A stretch of 64,000 nt of DNA. It comes from an uncultured delta proteobacterium (GTDB lineage Bacteria; Myxococcota_A; Polyangia; Polyangiales; JAFGIB01). Shown here piece by piece: positions 27,799 through 37,012 of the stretch. How positions within the stretch are numbered: the stretch's first letter is position 1; each line of letters begins with the position of its first letter. A program made the position numbers and the translations under genes. The DNA lies in assembly GCA_963778655.1 (NCBI GenBank), contig CAVZVA010000002.1, positions 32,001-96,000 on the forward strand. The letters run 5' to 3'. Under the pieces are notes generated by a model. The model saw only the letters and a program-made list of their open reading frames with translations. It was not told the origin of the DNA and did no database searches.

Positions 27799-29172
27799 AT
27801 GCGAAACACAACATTCGTGCTCACGCTGGTGGCGCTTGCCGGCGCGGCTCGGCCGCTTTCGGCCCAGAGCGACCTCGATCAACGGGTCGACCGGCTGCTG
27901 CCGGAGCTGGTGGCAACGTACAAGGCGCTCCACGCGGCGCCCGAGCTTTCCGGGCACGAGCAGAAAACCTCGGCACTGCTCGCCTCGCGGCTGCGCGCGC
28001 TCGGCTACCAGACCCTCGAGCACATCGGCCGCTACGACGCCAAGGACAAGGACCTCACCGGCTACGGCGTCGCGGCCGTGATGAAGAACGGCGAGGGCCC
28101 GACGGTGCTGGTCCGCACCGATCTCGACGCGCTGCCGGTGGTCGAAGAGACCGGCCTGCCGTATGCGAGCACGGTCACGACCAAGGACGCCTCGGGCCAG
28201 ACGGTGGGCGTGATGCACGCCTGCGGACACGACGTTCACATCTCGACCGTCCTCGGCACCGCCAGCTTACTCGCCCAGATGAAGGACCGCTGGCGAGGCA
28301 CGGTCGTGATCGTGGGCCAGCCGGCGGAGGAGCTCGGCAAGGGGGCGGATGCGATGCTGCGCGACGGCCTGTACACCAAGGTCCCCAAGCCGAGCTACGT
28401 GCTCGGCCTCCACGATGCCTCCGACCTGCCCGCGGGCAAGGTCGCGTACTGCCCGGGCTACGCGCTCGCGAACATCGACGCCGTCGACATCACCATTCGC
28501 GGTGTGGGCGGCCACGGCGCGATGCCGAACAAGACCAAGGATCCAATCGTGCTCGCCGCCGAGACGATCCTCGCGTTGCAGACGATCGTGAGCCGCGAGG
28601 ACTCCCCGCTCGACCCGGCGGTGGTCACCGTGGGCTCGATTCACGGTGGCACCAAGCGCAACGTGATCCCCAATCAGGTCGTGCTTCAGCTCACGGTCAG
28701 AACGTACAAGGACGAGGTGCGCAAGCACATACTGGAATCGATCAAGCGCATCGCACGAGGGATGGCGATCGCGGCCGGAATGCCGAAGGACCGCATGCCG
28801 GTCGTGAACGTCGCGGCGGCCGAGCGCGGCGACGCACTCTACAACGATCCCGCGCTCACGGCGCGGCTGGCCAAGGTCTGGGAGCAGGGGCTCGGCAAGA
28901 ACAACGTGATCCGCGTCGATCCAGAGATGGTGAGCGAGGACGTCGGGCACTTCGGGCTGGGCGGCAAGATCCCGGTGCTGCAGTTTCGTGTCGGCGCGGT
29001 CGACCCGGCCCTGGTCGCCAAGAGCAAGAAGAGCGGCGCTCCGCTGCCGCCCCTGCACTCCTCGCGCTTCGCTCCGTTGCCGGCCCCGACCATCCGCACC
29101 GGCGTGAGGGCGATGACGCTCGCCGTGCTCGAGCTGCTGCCGGCGCAGCCAGGCGCCGCACCCGCGCGCTAG
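27799..29172 (+). CDS. Secreted M20D amidohydrolase
   Basis: Signal peptide; H..PELS..E, RTDLDALP, MHACGHD.H, QPAEE, GGHG and SED motifs. Confidence 0.93.
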   Translation: MRNTTFVLTLVALAGAARPLSAQSDLDQRVDRLLPELVATYKALHAAPELSGHEQKTSALLASRLRALGYQTLEHIGRYDAKDKDLTGYGVAAVMKNGEGPTVLVRTDLDALPVVEETGLPYASTVTTKDASGQTVGVMHACGHDVHISTVLGTASLLAQMKDRWRGTVVIVGQPAEELGKGADAMLRDGLYTKVPKPSYVLGLHDASDLPAGKVAYCPGYALANIDAVDITIRGVGGHGAMPNKTKDPIVLAAETILALQTIVSREDSPLDPAVVTVGSIHGGTKRNVIPNQVVLQLTVRTYKDEVRKHILESIKRIARGMAIAAGMPKDRMPVVNVAAAERGDALYNDPALTARLAKVWEQGLGKNNVIRVDPEMVSEDVGHFGLGGKIPVLQFRVGAVDPALVAKSKKSGAPLPPLHSSRFAPLPAPTIRTGVRAMTLAVLELLPAQPGAAPAR

Positions 29173-29316
29173 TCCGGCCGTTCGCAAGTTCGCTCAGGGC
29201 TATCTGCGCATGCCGCCACGCCGGAGCATAGCGGCCCCGCGGGAGGGTGCGCGCGCCGGGAGGGCCCCGCGCCGCTGGAGCGCCAGAGCCGCCCCGGGAA
29301 CGCCTCGGACCGAGCC

Positions 29317-30603
29317 TCACATCACGTGGGAGGGCTCGATCGGCGGGATGTCCTTGCAGCCGAACTGGAAGGTCAGCTTGGTGAAGGTGCCGTTCTTGGC
29401 GCTGTTGCACAGCCCGCCGGTGAGCTCCACGTGCGAGCCGTCAGGCGAGATGGTCCAACCGCCCGCGGTGCCCAGGTCGTGGGGCACGTTTTCCAGCACG
29501 CCCTGCATGCTGGCCTCCTCCACCACCAGCTGGAGCTTGTCGGGGACGGTGGTGGCCGGCATAAGGTCGATCGAGCAAGAATCGAACCCGGACGAAATCG
29601 TCTGCTGCACGATGTCCGCCATCTTCATCTGCAGAGTCATGGAGTCGGCGGGCGTGAGGTACGTCATCGTGCCGCCCGCCTGCGCGAGTGCATCGAGCAC
29701 CATCGGGCCGTTGCCGCTCATGGCGCCGGGCAAACCCACCACATACGTCTTGATGTTCTTCTGGCTGAGCCAGTTGGAGATGGTGGTGACGGTCGCGTTC
29801 TGGTCCCAGTTGCAGTTCGGCTCGCCGTCGGTGATCAAGATCACGACCGTGGTCCCGACCAGCGTCGCGCCCGAAAGCGCCATGTCGGCGGCGGCGACCG
29901 CCTCGGAGGTCGGGGTCGCGCCCACCGGCTGGTACAGGGGCGACCCGTTGCTGCCGGTCTGCAAGGTCGTGATCGCCTGCGGCCCCGGTCCGAAGTCGAG
30001 CTGATCGGATGCGGTGATCGGGTTCACGGCGCAGAACTGCGTGGGGTCGCCGCCAAGGATCGCGCAGGTGATGCCCGTCGGGTCGATGCAGCCGCCGCCG
30101 GTCGACATCGGGCTCGGGAAGAGCACGGCGCCGATGGTGAGCTGGTCGGCAATCGGAGTCAGCGCGTTGATCACGGCATCACCGGCGGCCTGCCACTTGG
30201 GCTGGCCGTTCCAATCGTCGTTCATACTGATCGAGCGATCGAAGATGATGAGCACGTTGCCCGGCATGTTGATCTTCTTCACGGTCGACGCGAGGGTGAG
30301 CGTGCCGCAGCCCTGGTCCGGGTTATTCGAAGCGCAGAACTGACCGACCACGCATGCGCTGCCGTCGCCGACGAGCTGGCCTCCATCAGGCAAGGGTTGA
30401 GCACCGGCCATCGGCGCAGCTGGGGTCGTGGAGTTGGCGAAGACGCCGCCTCCTGCCCCCGCGGTGCCGCCGCCCGGCTGATTGCCGGAGCCGCCCAGCG
30501 CTCCGCTGCCGCCGGTCCCCAGGGTACGACCGCCCCCGTCCGAGCCGGCCGAGCAGCCCGCGAGCACGAGCGCTGCAGCCAACGTCCACCGTCCCCACTG
30601 CAT
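29317..30603 (-). CDS. VWA-domain lipoprotein
   Basis: Lipobox LAGC, MIDAS DRSISM, TPT, ILITDGEPNC, LAQAGGT. Confidence 0.88.
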   Translation of the reverse strand: MQWGRWTLAAALVLAGCSAGSDGGGRTLGTGGSGALGGSGNQPGGGTAGAGGGVFANSTTPAAPMAGAQPLPDGGQLVGDGSACVVGQFCASNNPDQGCGTLTLASTVKKINMPGNVLIIFDRSISMNDDWNGQPKWQAAGDAVINALTPIADQLTIGAVLFPSPMSTGGGCIDPTGITCAILGGDPTQFCAVNPITASDQLDFGPGPQAITTLQTGSNGSPLYQPVGATPTSEAVAAADMALSGATLVGTTVVILITDGEPNCNWDQNATVTTISNWLSQKNIKTYVVGLPGAMSGNGPMVLDALAQAGGTMTYLTPADSMTLQMKMADIVQQTISSGFDSCSIDLMPATTVPDKLQLVVEEASMQGVLENVPHDLGTAGGWTISPDGSHVELTGGLCNSAKNGTFTKLTFQFGCKDIPPIEPSHVM

Positions 30604-30861
30604 ACGTCCTCCGTTCACGCCCTACGTCCGCTTACCCGGACGCAAGGGCGCGCGCCAAGCAGACCCACCTGCCCACGGTACCCAGTGGCGCCGCCCGGGG
30701 AATTTAGCTCATTCGTCGCGGCTTGGGCATTTCCCCATCGCGCCACGCTGTGGGCCTGGGGTGACGCACGGCGCCGGAACGTGGCATTGCCGACCGAATG
30801 CTCGCGTCTGACGGCGAATGTCCGGCGTCTCGGCCGCTGCGGCGCCGAGCTGCGCAGCGCG

Positions 30862-32232
30862 CTACTCGCCCTTGGCCTTCGATCGTGCGCCGAGCAGCCG
30901 GTGGAGAAAACCCGACTGCTGGCGTTCGTGCTCGCGCCGCATCTGGTAGATGCGAATTTCGCGCTGCGCGCCCACGTGCTTGGGATCGAGCATCAACACT
31001 CGCTCAAAGTGCCCCTGTGCGCGCTCCGCGTGGCCGGTCAGGCTGAGCACCAGGCCCCGGTAGTACAGCGCTTCCTCGCACAGCGGGTCGCGCTCGAGCG
31101 CGTGATTCAGGCACTTCCACACGTGGCGATCCGCGGTCTGTCTGGCCCCGCCGTGCTGATACATCAGCCAGCCGAGCAGCCCCTCGTCGGCCGGCGAGGG
31201 CTCGCCGAGCTTGACCGCCTGGTGCGCGACGCGCAGGGCTTCGGCGTGGTCACCGCGCTGCGACAGCAGCTTGGCCCTTTGCCACAGCGCTTCGACATGG
31301 TCGCGCTGCGCGCGCGCGTCATCCGGTCGCGTGCTCGAACGCGGCATGGCCAGCGGTCCGGACTCAAGCGCGCCGAACGGCCGCGGCGTTTGAGACGTGC
31401 GTCCGGCAGGCAGGCTCTGTCTCTGCGCCGGCAGGCTCTCCGGCCGCCGTGGCAGCTGGCTGCTGGCCGACGCCGGCCGCGAGCTGCGCGCCGCTGCTCC
31501 GGGCCGCTGGCTGTAGGTGCCCGAAGCCGGACGCCCCGAGGACGAGCCCGCGAACGGCGGGCGCCGCGATGCAGACGGGGGCAGCGAGGCGCCCGTGAGC
31601 GGCGGCGCCTGCGACACGACGCCCGAGATCGTGCGGTGCAGCGGCGACATCACGACGCCGCGGGTGATGTGCAACACGTAGAGCACCCGCCGCATCAACT
31701 CCGGCGGCACCTGAGTTCTGGAGTTGAGCTCGTCGAGCTCCGCCGCGCCTTGCGCGAGCCCCCGCACCACCAGCAGCTCCTCCGCGTCGAACGCGTAGCG
31801 TCCGAGGTCGAGCCCCACCCGCAGCTCGATCAAGCTGCGAGCGGCGATCTTCATGCTGCGCTCGGCCGCGTCCTCGCGCAGCGTCTTGCGCATGGCGGCC
31901 ACGATCATCGGCACCGGATCGATCGGTCCGGCCGCTCTCAGGCCGTCGCCGCCGACCAGGTCGCGACCGTCCACGAACTCCAGCCGCCCCTCGGCGAGCC
32001 CGCACAGCGGGATCAGGACCTCGGTCACCCTGCGAGCGCCGGTCTCCTCGGCCAGCACCGCCATCGGGCGCCCGTCGTCGACGCGGATCGCAGCTAGCAT
32101 CGCCCCGTCCGCTGCGCGAACCAGCAGTGTGCCGGTGCGCCGTGCGCCTAGCAGGTCGAGCAAGAGGTGGGCGAGCGGCGTCGTCTGCAGATCGTCCGCG
32201 TCGGCCTCGGCGCTGAGCGGAAGGCGCGTCAT
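30862..32232 (-). CDS. DUF4388-like N-terminal domain, Ser/Pro-rich linker and TPR protein
   Basis: L..LL.....R.TG.L N-terminus, low-complexity linker, C-terminal TPRs (ALYYRGLVL...A...FERVL.LDP.H). Confidence 0.75.
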   Translation of the reverse strand: MTRLPLSAEADADDLQTTPLAHLLLDLLGARRTGTLLVRAADGAMLAAIRVDDGRPMAVLAEETGARRVTEVLIPLCGLAEGRLEFVDGRDLVGGDGLRAAGPIDPVPMIVAAMRKTLREDAAERSMKIAARSLIELRVGLDLGRYAFDAEELLVVRGLAQGAAELDELNSRTQVPPELMRRVLYVLHITRGVVMSPLHRTISGVVSQAPPLTGASLPPSASRRPPFAGSSSGRPASGTYSQRPGAAARSSRPASASSQLPRRPESLPAQRQSLPAGRTSQTPRPFGALESGPLAMPRSSTRPDDARAQRDHVEALWQRAKLLSQRGDHAEALRVAHQAVKLGEPSPADEGLLGWLMYQHGGARQTADRHVWKCLNHALERDPLCEEALYYRGLVLSLTGHAERAQGHFERVLMLDPKHVGAQREIRIYQMRREHERQQSGFLHRLLGARSKAKGE

Positions 32233-32580
32233 CGGTGCTCGTCTCCGGGAATAACCCTGTGCATCGTGTCCGGGATAGAGCGTACACCCACGCGACGCCT
32301 CGGCTCCCCGATGTCAGCGACCCGTTGCGTTCATGTCAGAGCCCGACGTGTGCTGTTTCGCGCATCGAGTCACTGCGTGCCCATGAGCGTGCTCGGGGTA
32401 CAATGTGGGCAGGGCGCAGACCAGGACCTGAGCAAGCTCATCAACCAAGTCATCGCCGGACGCTGCGTGGCCTCCACCGTGCTCGTCGACAGCTTGTACG
32501 CATCGGTTGGCCTGTCTTGCTTCGGTGGCAAGCGCCTGGTTGGTGCTCTGCCCACGCTTGCGATCGAGTCGCGCGGGTCT

Positions 32581-33234
32581 ATGTGGAACCCCGTGAACGC
32601 GGCGCGCGCGGCCCGTCGGACATGCCCGACCCTGGGATTGTTCGCCTGTGCGCTGCTGCTGGCGTGCGCGCGCGGCACGCAGGGGCAGCCCGACTCCGGA
32701 CAGCCGGACGGGGGCGATGCGGGCCGCTTGGACGGTGGGCACGACGGCGGGCACGACTTCACGTCCTGCACGAAGAACGCCGACTGCGCGATCGTCCCCG
32801 AAAGCTGCTGCGGCGCCTGCGGAGCGCCGGCGCGCGGCGACGCGGTCGCCGTTCGCGCCGATCAGCGTTCGGCCTATCGCGTGCAGGCGTGCGCCACGGG
32901 CGCCAGCTGTCCGGCCTGCGCGCCGCTCTACCTCGACCCGACCCTGGTCGCGACCTGCAGCGCCGGCCGCTGCGCGCTGGTCGATCTACAGGTTCACGCG
33001 GCCAGCGCCTGCGAGCAGGATGCGGACTGCCACGTGCGCACGCCCGATTGCTGCGAGTGCGGCGGCGACACCTCGGTCGGCCGCCTGGTGGGCATCTCGG
33101 ACGACGCGGCCTACCGGGCGCTGGTGTGCGACGATCAGGCCTGCCCCGAGTGCGCGCCGATCTATCCTGTCGAGGTCACGGTGGGCTGCGGCGACGACGG
33201 TCACTGCCGCAGCGACGACGCGCGGCTCCCTTGA
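32581..33234 (+). CDS. Cys-rich lipoprotein with two internal repeats
   Basis: Lipobox LLAC; duplicated C...ADC......CC..C and CP.CAP motifs. Confidence 0.75.
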   Translation: MWNPVNAARAARRTCPTLGLFACALLLACARGTQGQPDSGQPDGGDAGRLDGGHDGGHDFTSCTKNADCAIVPESCCGACGAPARGDAVAVRADQRSAYRVQACATGASCPACAPLYLDPTLVATCSAGRCALVDLQVHAASACEQDADCHVRTPDCCECGGDTSVGRLVGISDDAAYRALVCDDQACPECAPIYPVEVTVGCGDDGHCRSDDARLP

Positions 33235-33301
33235 GCGCCCCGCCAAGTGCCCTCGGCCACGACCACGCGCCGGCCCAGCGCGACACTGATATCATTCGCG
33301 C

Positions 33302-35002
33302 ATGCTCAGGTGGAACGCCCGTCGCTGGGACGCGTGCAGCATGGCGGCGATCGGCGCAGCCGCGCTCGTGATCGTGCGGACCTACGGCGACTACGGAATG
33401 AGCTGGGACGAGCCGTACTCGATCGAATACGGGCGCAACGTCGTGCGCTTCTTCGCGACGCTTGGCCGCGATCGCAGCGCGACCGTGGGGCTCGTCGCGC
33501 TACGCGGCGGCCTGTTTCACGCGCTGATCGAGTGCTTCGCCCTGCTCGCGCCCGAGCACGCACTGGGCGTCCGCCGCGTGCTCACTCCGCTGATCGGGCT
33601 GCTCGGAATCGTGGGCACCTGGCGGCTCGGAAGACTGCTCGCGGGACCTCGAGCCGGCCTGCTCGCCGTGTTGTTCGCGCTGCTGACGCCGCTGTACTAC
33701 GGACACATGTTCATCAACCCCGCGGACATGCCATTCGCGGTGGGCTACGTGTGGGGCACCTACCTGGTCATCAGCTGCGCGCGGGCGTTGCCGCGGCCGT
33801 CGTTGCGCGCACTGCTCGGCTGCGGTCTGGTGATCGGCCTGTCGACCAGCGTGCGCATCGGCGGCGTGATGCTCGCAGCCTATTGGCTGGCGCTGCTGCT
33901 GGTCTGTGGCGCGCTGCAGCTGCGGGAGCCGACCACAGCCTCGCTCGGGGCGCTGGCCCAGGACATGGCGCGGGCAAGCGGCGCGATCGCCGCGGCGGGA
34001 TATCTCGGTATGATCTGCGCGTGGCCTGCCGCGCTGCTACATCCCATCGGCGTGCCCCTCGAGGCCGCGCTCCAATCCGCAGCCTACCCCAAGCACGAGC
34101 GCGTGCTGGTTCACGGCCTCTACCCGTGGTCCGACGCGCTGCCGCCCTTCTATCACCTGGAGTATTTCGCGGTGCAACTGCCGGAGGTGCTCGAGCTGTG
34201 CTTGGTGATCGGCGCCGGCGCTGGCGCGATCGCCATGTGGAAGGCCCTGCGCGCGCGCGAGGTGCCACGCTTCGCGAGCGAGGCCGGCACGTTGCTGGCC
34301 GGTCTTGCGCCGTTGCTGTACGCGACCCTGCTCCGCCCCGTGGACTACGACGGCGTGAGGCACTTCCTGTTTCTGGTACCGCTGTTCTGCTGCCTCGCCG
34401 CCCGCGGTTTCAGTGACGCGCTCACCCGGCTGGAGGGACGGCACCAGGGCGCGCGCTTCGCGGCGACCGCGCTGCTGGTCCTCGGGCTCGGCCGCGGCGC
34501 ATGGTCGATGGCGGAGCTGCACCCCTACGAGTACACCTTTTATAACGCTTGGACCGGAGGCACATCCGGCGCGCGCGGTCGATACGAGATGGACTACTGG
34601 GTCACCTCGTTCCGCGAAGCGCTGCTCGACCTGGGGCGGGGCGCCGGTGCGGCAGGAGCGCCGCAGAAGCTGGCGGTGTGCGGCAACCAGGCGGTGGCCG
34701 CGGCCTACTTACCGCCTGGATTCGAGCTGTCCAAGCACGTCCGCGAGGCACAGCTCGTGCTGGCCACCACGAAGTGGGCGTGCGATCAGAGCTACCCGGG
34801 CGAGCCGGTCGTGACGGTCGGACGGGCCGGCGTCCCGTTCGCCGTGGTGAAACGCCTGCCCTGGGCGGCGCGTTTCAGCCGCGACCGGCGCGCTACCGCA
34901 CCCACGGCGCAGCTCAAGCCGCAGGCCGGGGATGGGGCAACGGCGGCTTCCGCATCAGCACCACCAGCTGCGAGCCGGCTCCGGCCACGGGCAGATCGAT
35001 GA
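33302..35002 (+). CDS. GT-C fold glycosyltransferase (family 39/ArnT/PMT-like), multi-pass membrane
   Basis: DYGMSWDEP, YGHMFINP.D.PF, YDGVRHFLF, HPYEY.FYN and DYW motifs; many transmembrane segments. Confidence 0.85.
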   Translation: MLRWNARRWDACSMAAIGAAALVIVRTYGDYGMSWDEPYSIEYGRNVVRFFATLGRDRSATVGLVALRGGLFHALIECFALLAPEHALGVRRVLTPLIGLLGIVGTWRLGRLLAGPRAGLLAVLFALLTPLYYGHMFINPADMPFAVGYVWGTYLVISCARALPRPSLRALLGCGLVIGLSTSVRIGGVMLAAYWLALLLVCGALQLREPTTASLGALAQDMARASGAIAAAGYLGMICAWPAALLHPIGVPLEAALQSAAYPKHERVLVHGLYPWSDALPPFYHLEYFAVQLPEVLELCLVIGAGAGAIAMWKALRAREVPRFASEAGTLLAGLAPLLYATLLRPVDYDGVRHFLFLVPLFCCLAARGFSDALTRLEGRHQGARFAATALLVLGLGRGAWSMAELHPYEYTFYNAWTGGTSGARGRYEMDYWVTSFREALLDLGRGAGAAGAPQKLAVCGNQAVAAAYLPPGFELSKHVREAQLVLATTKWACDQSYPGEPVVTVGRAGVPFAVVKRLPWAARFSRDRRATAPTAQLKPQAGDGATAASASAPPAASRLRPRADR

Positions 35003-35705
35003 AACACGCCAAGTACAGACCGAGGCACAGCGCACGCTTCCAGGCGGAGTAGCGGCCCGCCGCGAAGTTACGCAGCGACCAGTTGGGGTTCAAGTTGGTC
35101 GCTTCCTTGAGCACCCGGTAGGTCGGGAAGCCCCACTCGATCAGGCTTTGTACTCGCAGACCATTGTCGCGCGCGCAGGCGCGTAGCTCGCCGGCTGTGG
35201 GGTGGCTCACGTGCCCGAAATGGGCCTCGGTGGGGAACAGCTTTCCCGTCGGACAGGTCACCAGCAGATGTCCGCCCGGCGCCACCATCTGCGCGAGGTG
35301 GCGAAACGCCACCGCCCGGTCCTGCAGGTGCTCGAGCACCTCGCTGCAGACGACCAGCTCGAATTGCTCGGCCAAGCTCGCCTTCGCAACGTCGAGCAGC
35401 TCGAACCGGATCCCCGGCATGCGCGAGCGGTTCGCGGCGATCGTTTCGGACGCGAAGTCCGCGCCGCACAGGCGTGCCGTCGGAAACGCGCGCTGGAGCG
35501 CCAGCAGGCCCTCGCCGGGACCGCAACCCACGTCGAGCGCGTTGCGGAACGCGATGCCGCGCAGGGCTGCCAGCAGCAGCCGCCGCCGGTGGCGCGCGCC
35601 GGGATGGAAGCGCGCATAGTCGTCGAGCTGAGCCCACTGGCGGTCGTAGCTTGCCGGGTCCAGCGCTTGCCGCGTGGGTACGTCACTGAGCATGTGCAGG
35701 CTCAT
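34914..35705 (-). CDS. Class I SAM-dependent methyltransferase
   Basis: LDVGCGPG, FELVVCSEVLEHL, PGG.L. Confidence 0.85.
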   Translation of the reverse strand: MSLHMLSDVPTRQALDPASYDRQWAQLDDYARFHPGARHRRRLLLAALRGIAFRNALDVGCGPGEGLLALQRAFPTARLCGADFASETIAANRSRMPGIRFELLDVAKASLAEQFELVVCSEVLEHLQDRAVAFRHLAQMVAPGGHLLVTCPTGKLFPTEAHFGHVSHPTAGELRACARDNGLRVQSLIEWGFPTYRVLKEATNLNPNWSLRNFAAGRYSAWKRALCLGLYLACFIDLPVAGAGSQLVVLMRKPPLPHPRPAA

Positions 35706-36012
35706 CCAAAGGCCGCTCCATTGTAGCAGCGTGTAGTGCACCGCCGTCGAGATGCGATCAACCCTCGCAAACGATGCGGGCCCGCCCGCTGCGTTGCCAC
35801 TCCTTGAAATGCGAGGCGTATTCCTGCGTCGTGGCGCCTTGCGCTCAAGCCCACCTCGCTCGCGATCCCTTGATCGCATCTCGACGGCGGTGCACTAGCA
35901 GCGCGCCCGCGCGCGTCTTGGCGCAGGCAAACGCGCGGCCGCGCACAGCATCCCACATGTCGCGCCTGCGCAGTTGTCCGAGCGCGCTGAGCGGCCGTGT
36001 ATAATCGTGGCC

Positions 36013-37011
36013 GTGGCCGAGTCGGAGACGCGCGCCCTGCCGCAGGTACAGCTCGAGGGCAAGACCTGCATCGTCACGGGCGGTGCGGGCTTCATCGGGT
36101 CCCATCTGTGCGAGCGCCTGGCGCGCAGCGGCGCCGGGAAGATCGTGGTGCTCGACAGCTTGCGCTACGCGGACCCTTCGCGGCTTCGAGCCATGGGCGA
36201 ACGCTGGCCCATCGAGCTGCGCGTGGGCGACCTCGGCCACGACGCTCCCCGAGCGTTGCTGGCAGGCGTGGAAGGGGCCGACCTACTCTTTCACCTCGCC
36301 GCCGAAAAGCACAACCAGAGCATGGACGCACCGCAGCGCGTGTTACAGGCCAATGTCCTGGGCACCGAGCGGTTGTTCGACTGGGCCGCACACGCCGGCG
36401 TGAAGAAGGTCGTCTTCGCCTCATCGTTGTACGCCCACGGGCGCATGCAACTGCCGCCGATGCGGGAGAGCGACGTACCGGAGCCGACCACCGTCTACGG
36501 TCTCTCCAAGCTGGCTGGCGAGCACCTGCTGCGCCATTTCGCGCTCGAGCGTGGCTTACGCGGGGCAATCCTACGGCTGTTCTTCGTCTACGGTCCCTAT
36601 CAGCACGCCGGAGCCGGCTACAAGTCCGTGATCGTCCGCAACTTCCAGCAGATGTTACGCAACGAGCCGCCCACGATCGTCGGCGACGGACAGCAAGCGC
36701 TCGACTACGTCTACGTCGACGACGCGGTGGACGCCCTGCTCTTGGCGAGCACCGACGCTGCCGACGGCGGTCTGTTCCACATCGGCAGCGGTAACGCGCC
36801 GACGATCGAGGAGCTCACACGCGTGATGCAGCGGGTAGCCGGCAGCACGCTCAGCCCGCGGCGCCTTCCGCCGGACCGAACGCACGGCACGGTCCGCGTC
36901 GCAGATCCGCGTCACGCGCTCGAGAATCTCGGCTGGCGCACGCGCGTGAGCCTGAACGACGGGCTGCGTCGCGTATTCGAATGGATGAAGAGCGTGGCTC
37001 CGGAGACCTGA
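36013..37011 (+). CDS. NAD-dependent epimerase/dehydratase (extended SDR)
   Basis: VTGGAGFIGSH, HLAA, YGLSK, VYGP and G.Q..DYVYV.D. Start chosen 7 nt after TATAAT (36000-36005); GTG 36007 is also possible. Confidence 0.92.
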   Translation: MAESETRALPQVQLEGKTCIVTGGAGFIGSHLCERLARSGAGKIVVLDSLRYADPSRLRAMGERWPIELRVGDLGHDAPRALLAGVEGADLLFHLAAEKHNQSMDAPQRVLQANVLGTERLFDWAAHAGVKKVVFASSLYAHGRMQLPPMRESDVPEPTTVYGLSKLAGEHLLRHFALERGLRGAILRLFFVYGPYQHAGAGYKSVIVRNFQQMLRNEPPTIVGDGQQALDYVYVDDAVDALLLASTDAADGGLFHIGSGNAPTIEELTRVMQRVAGSTLSPRRLPPDRTHGTVRVADPRHALENLGWRTRVSLNDGLRRVFEWMKSVAPET

Positions 37012-37012
37012 C

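Noticed and set aside
1931..32097. Very long alternative ORFs (e.g. 1931-4252, 19312-21567, 22767-24800, 29326-32097)
   Set aside because: Antisense shadows of real genes; Arg/Ala-rich with no motifs, as expected at high GC.
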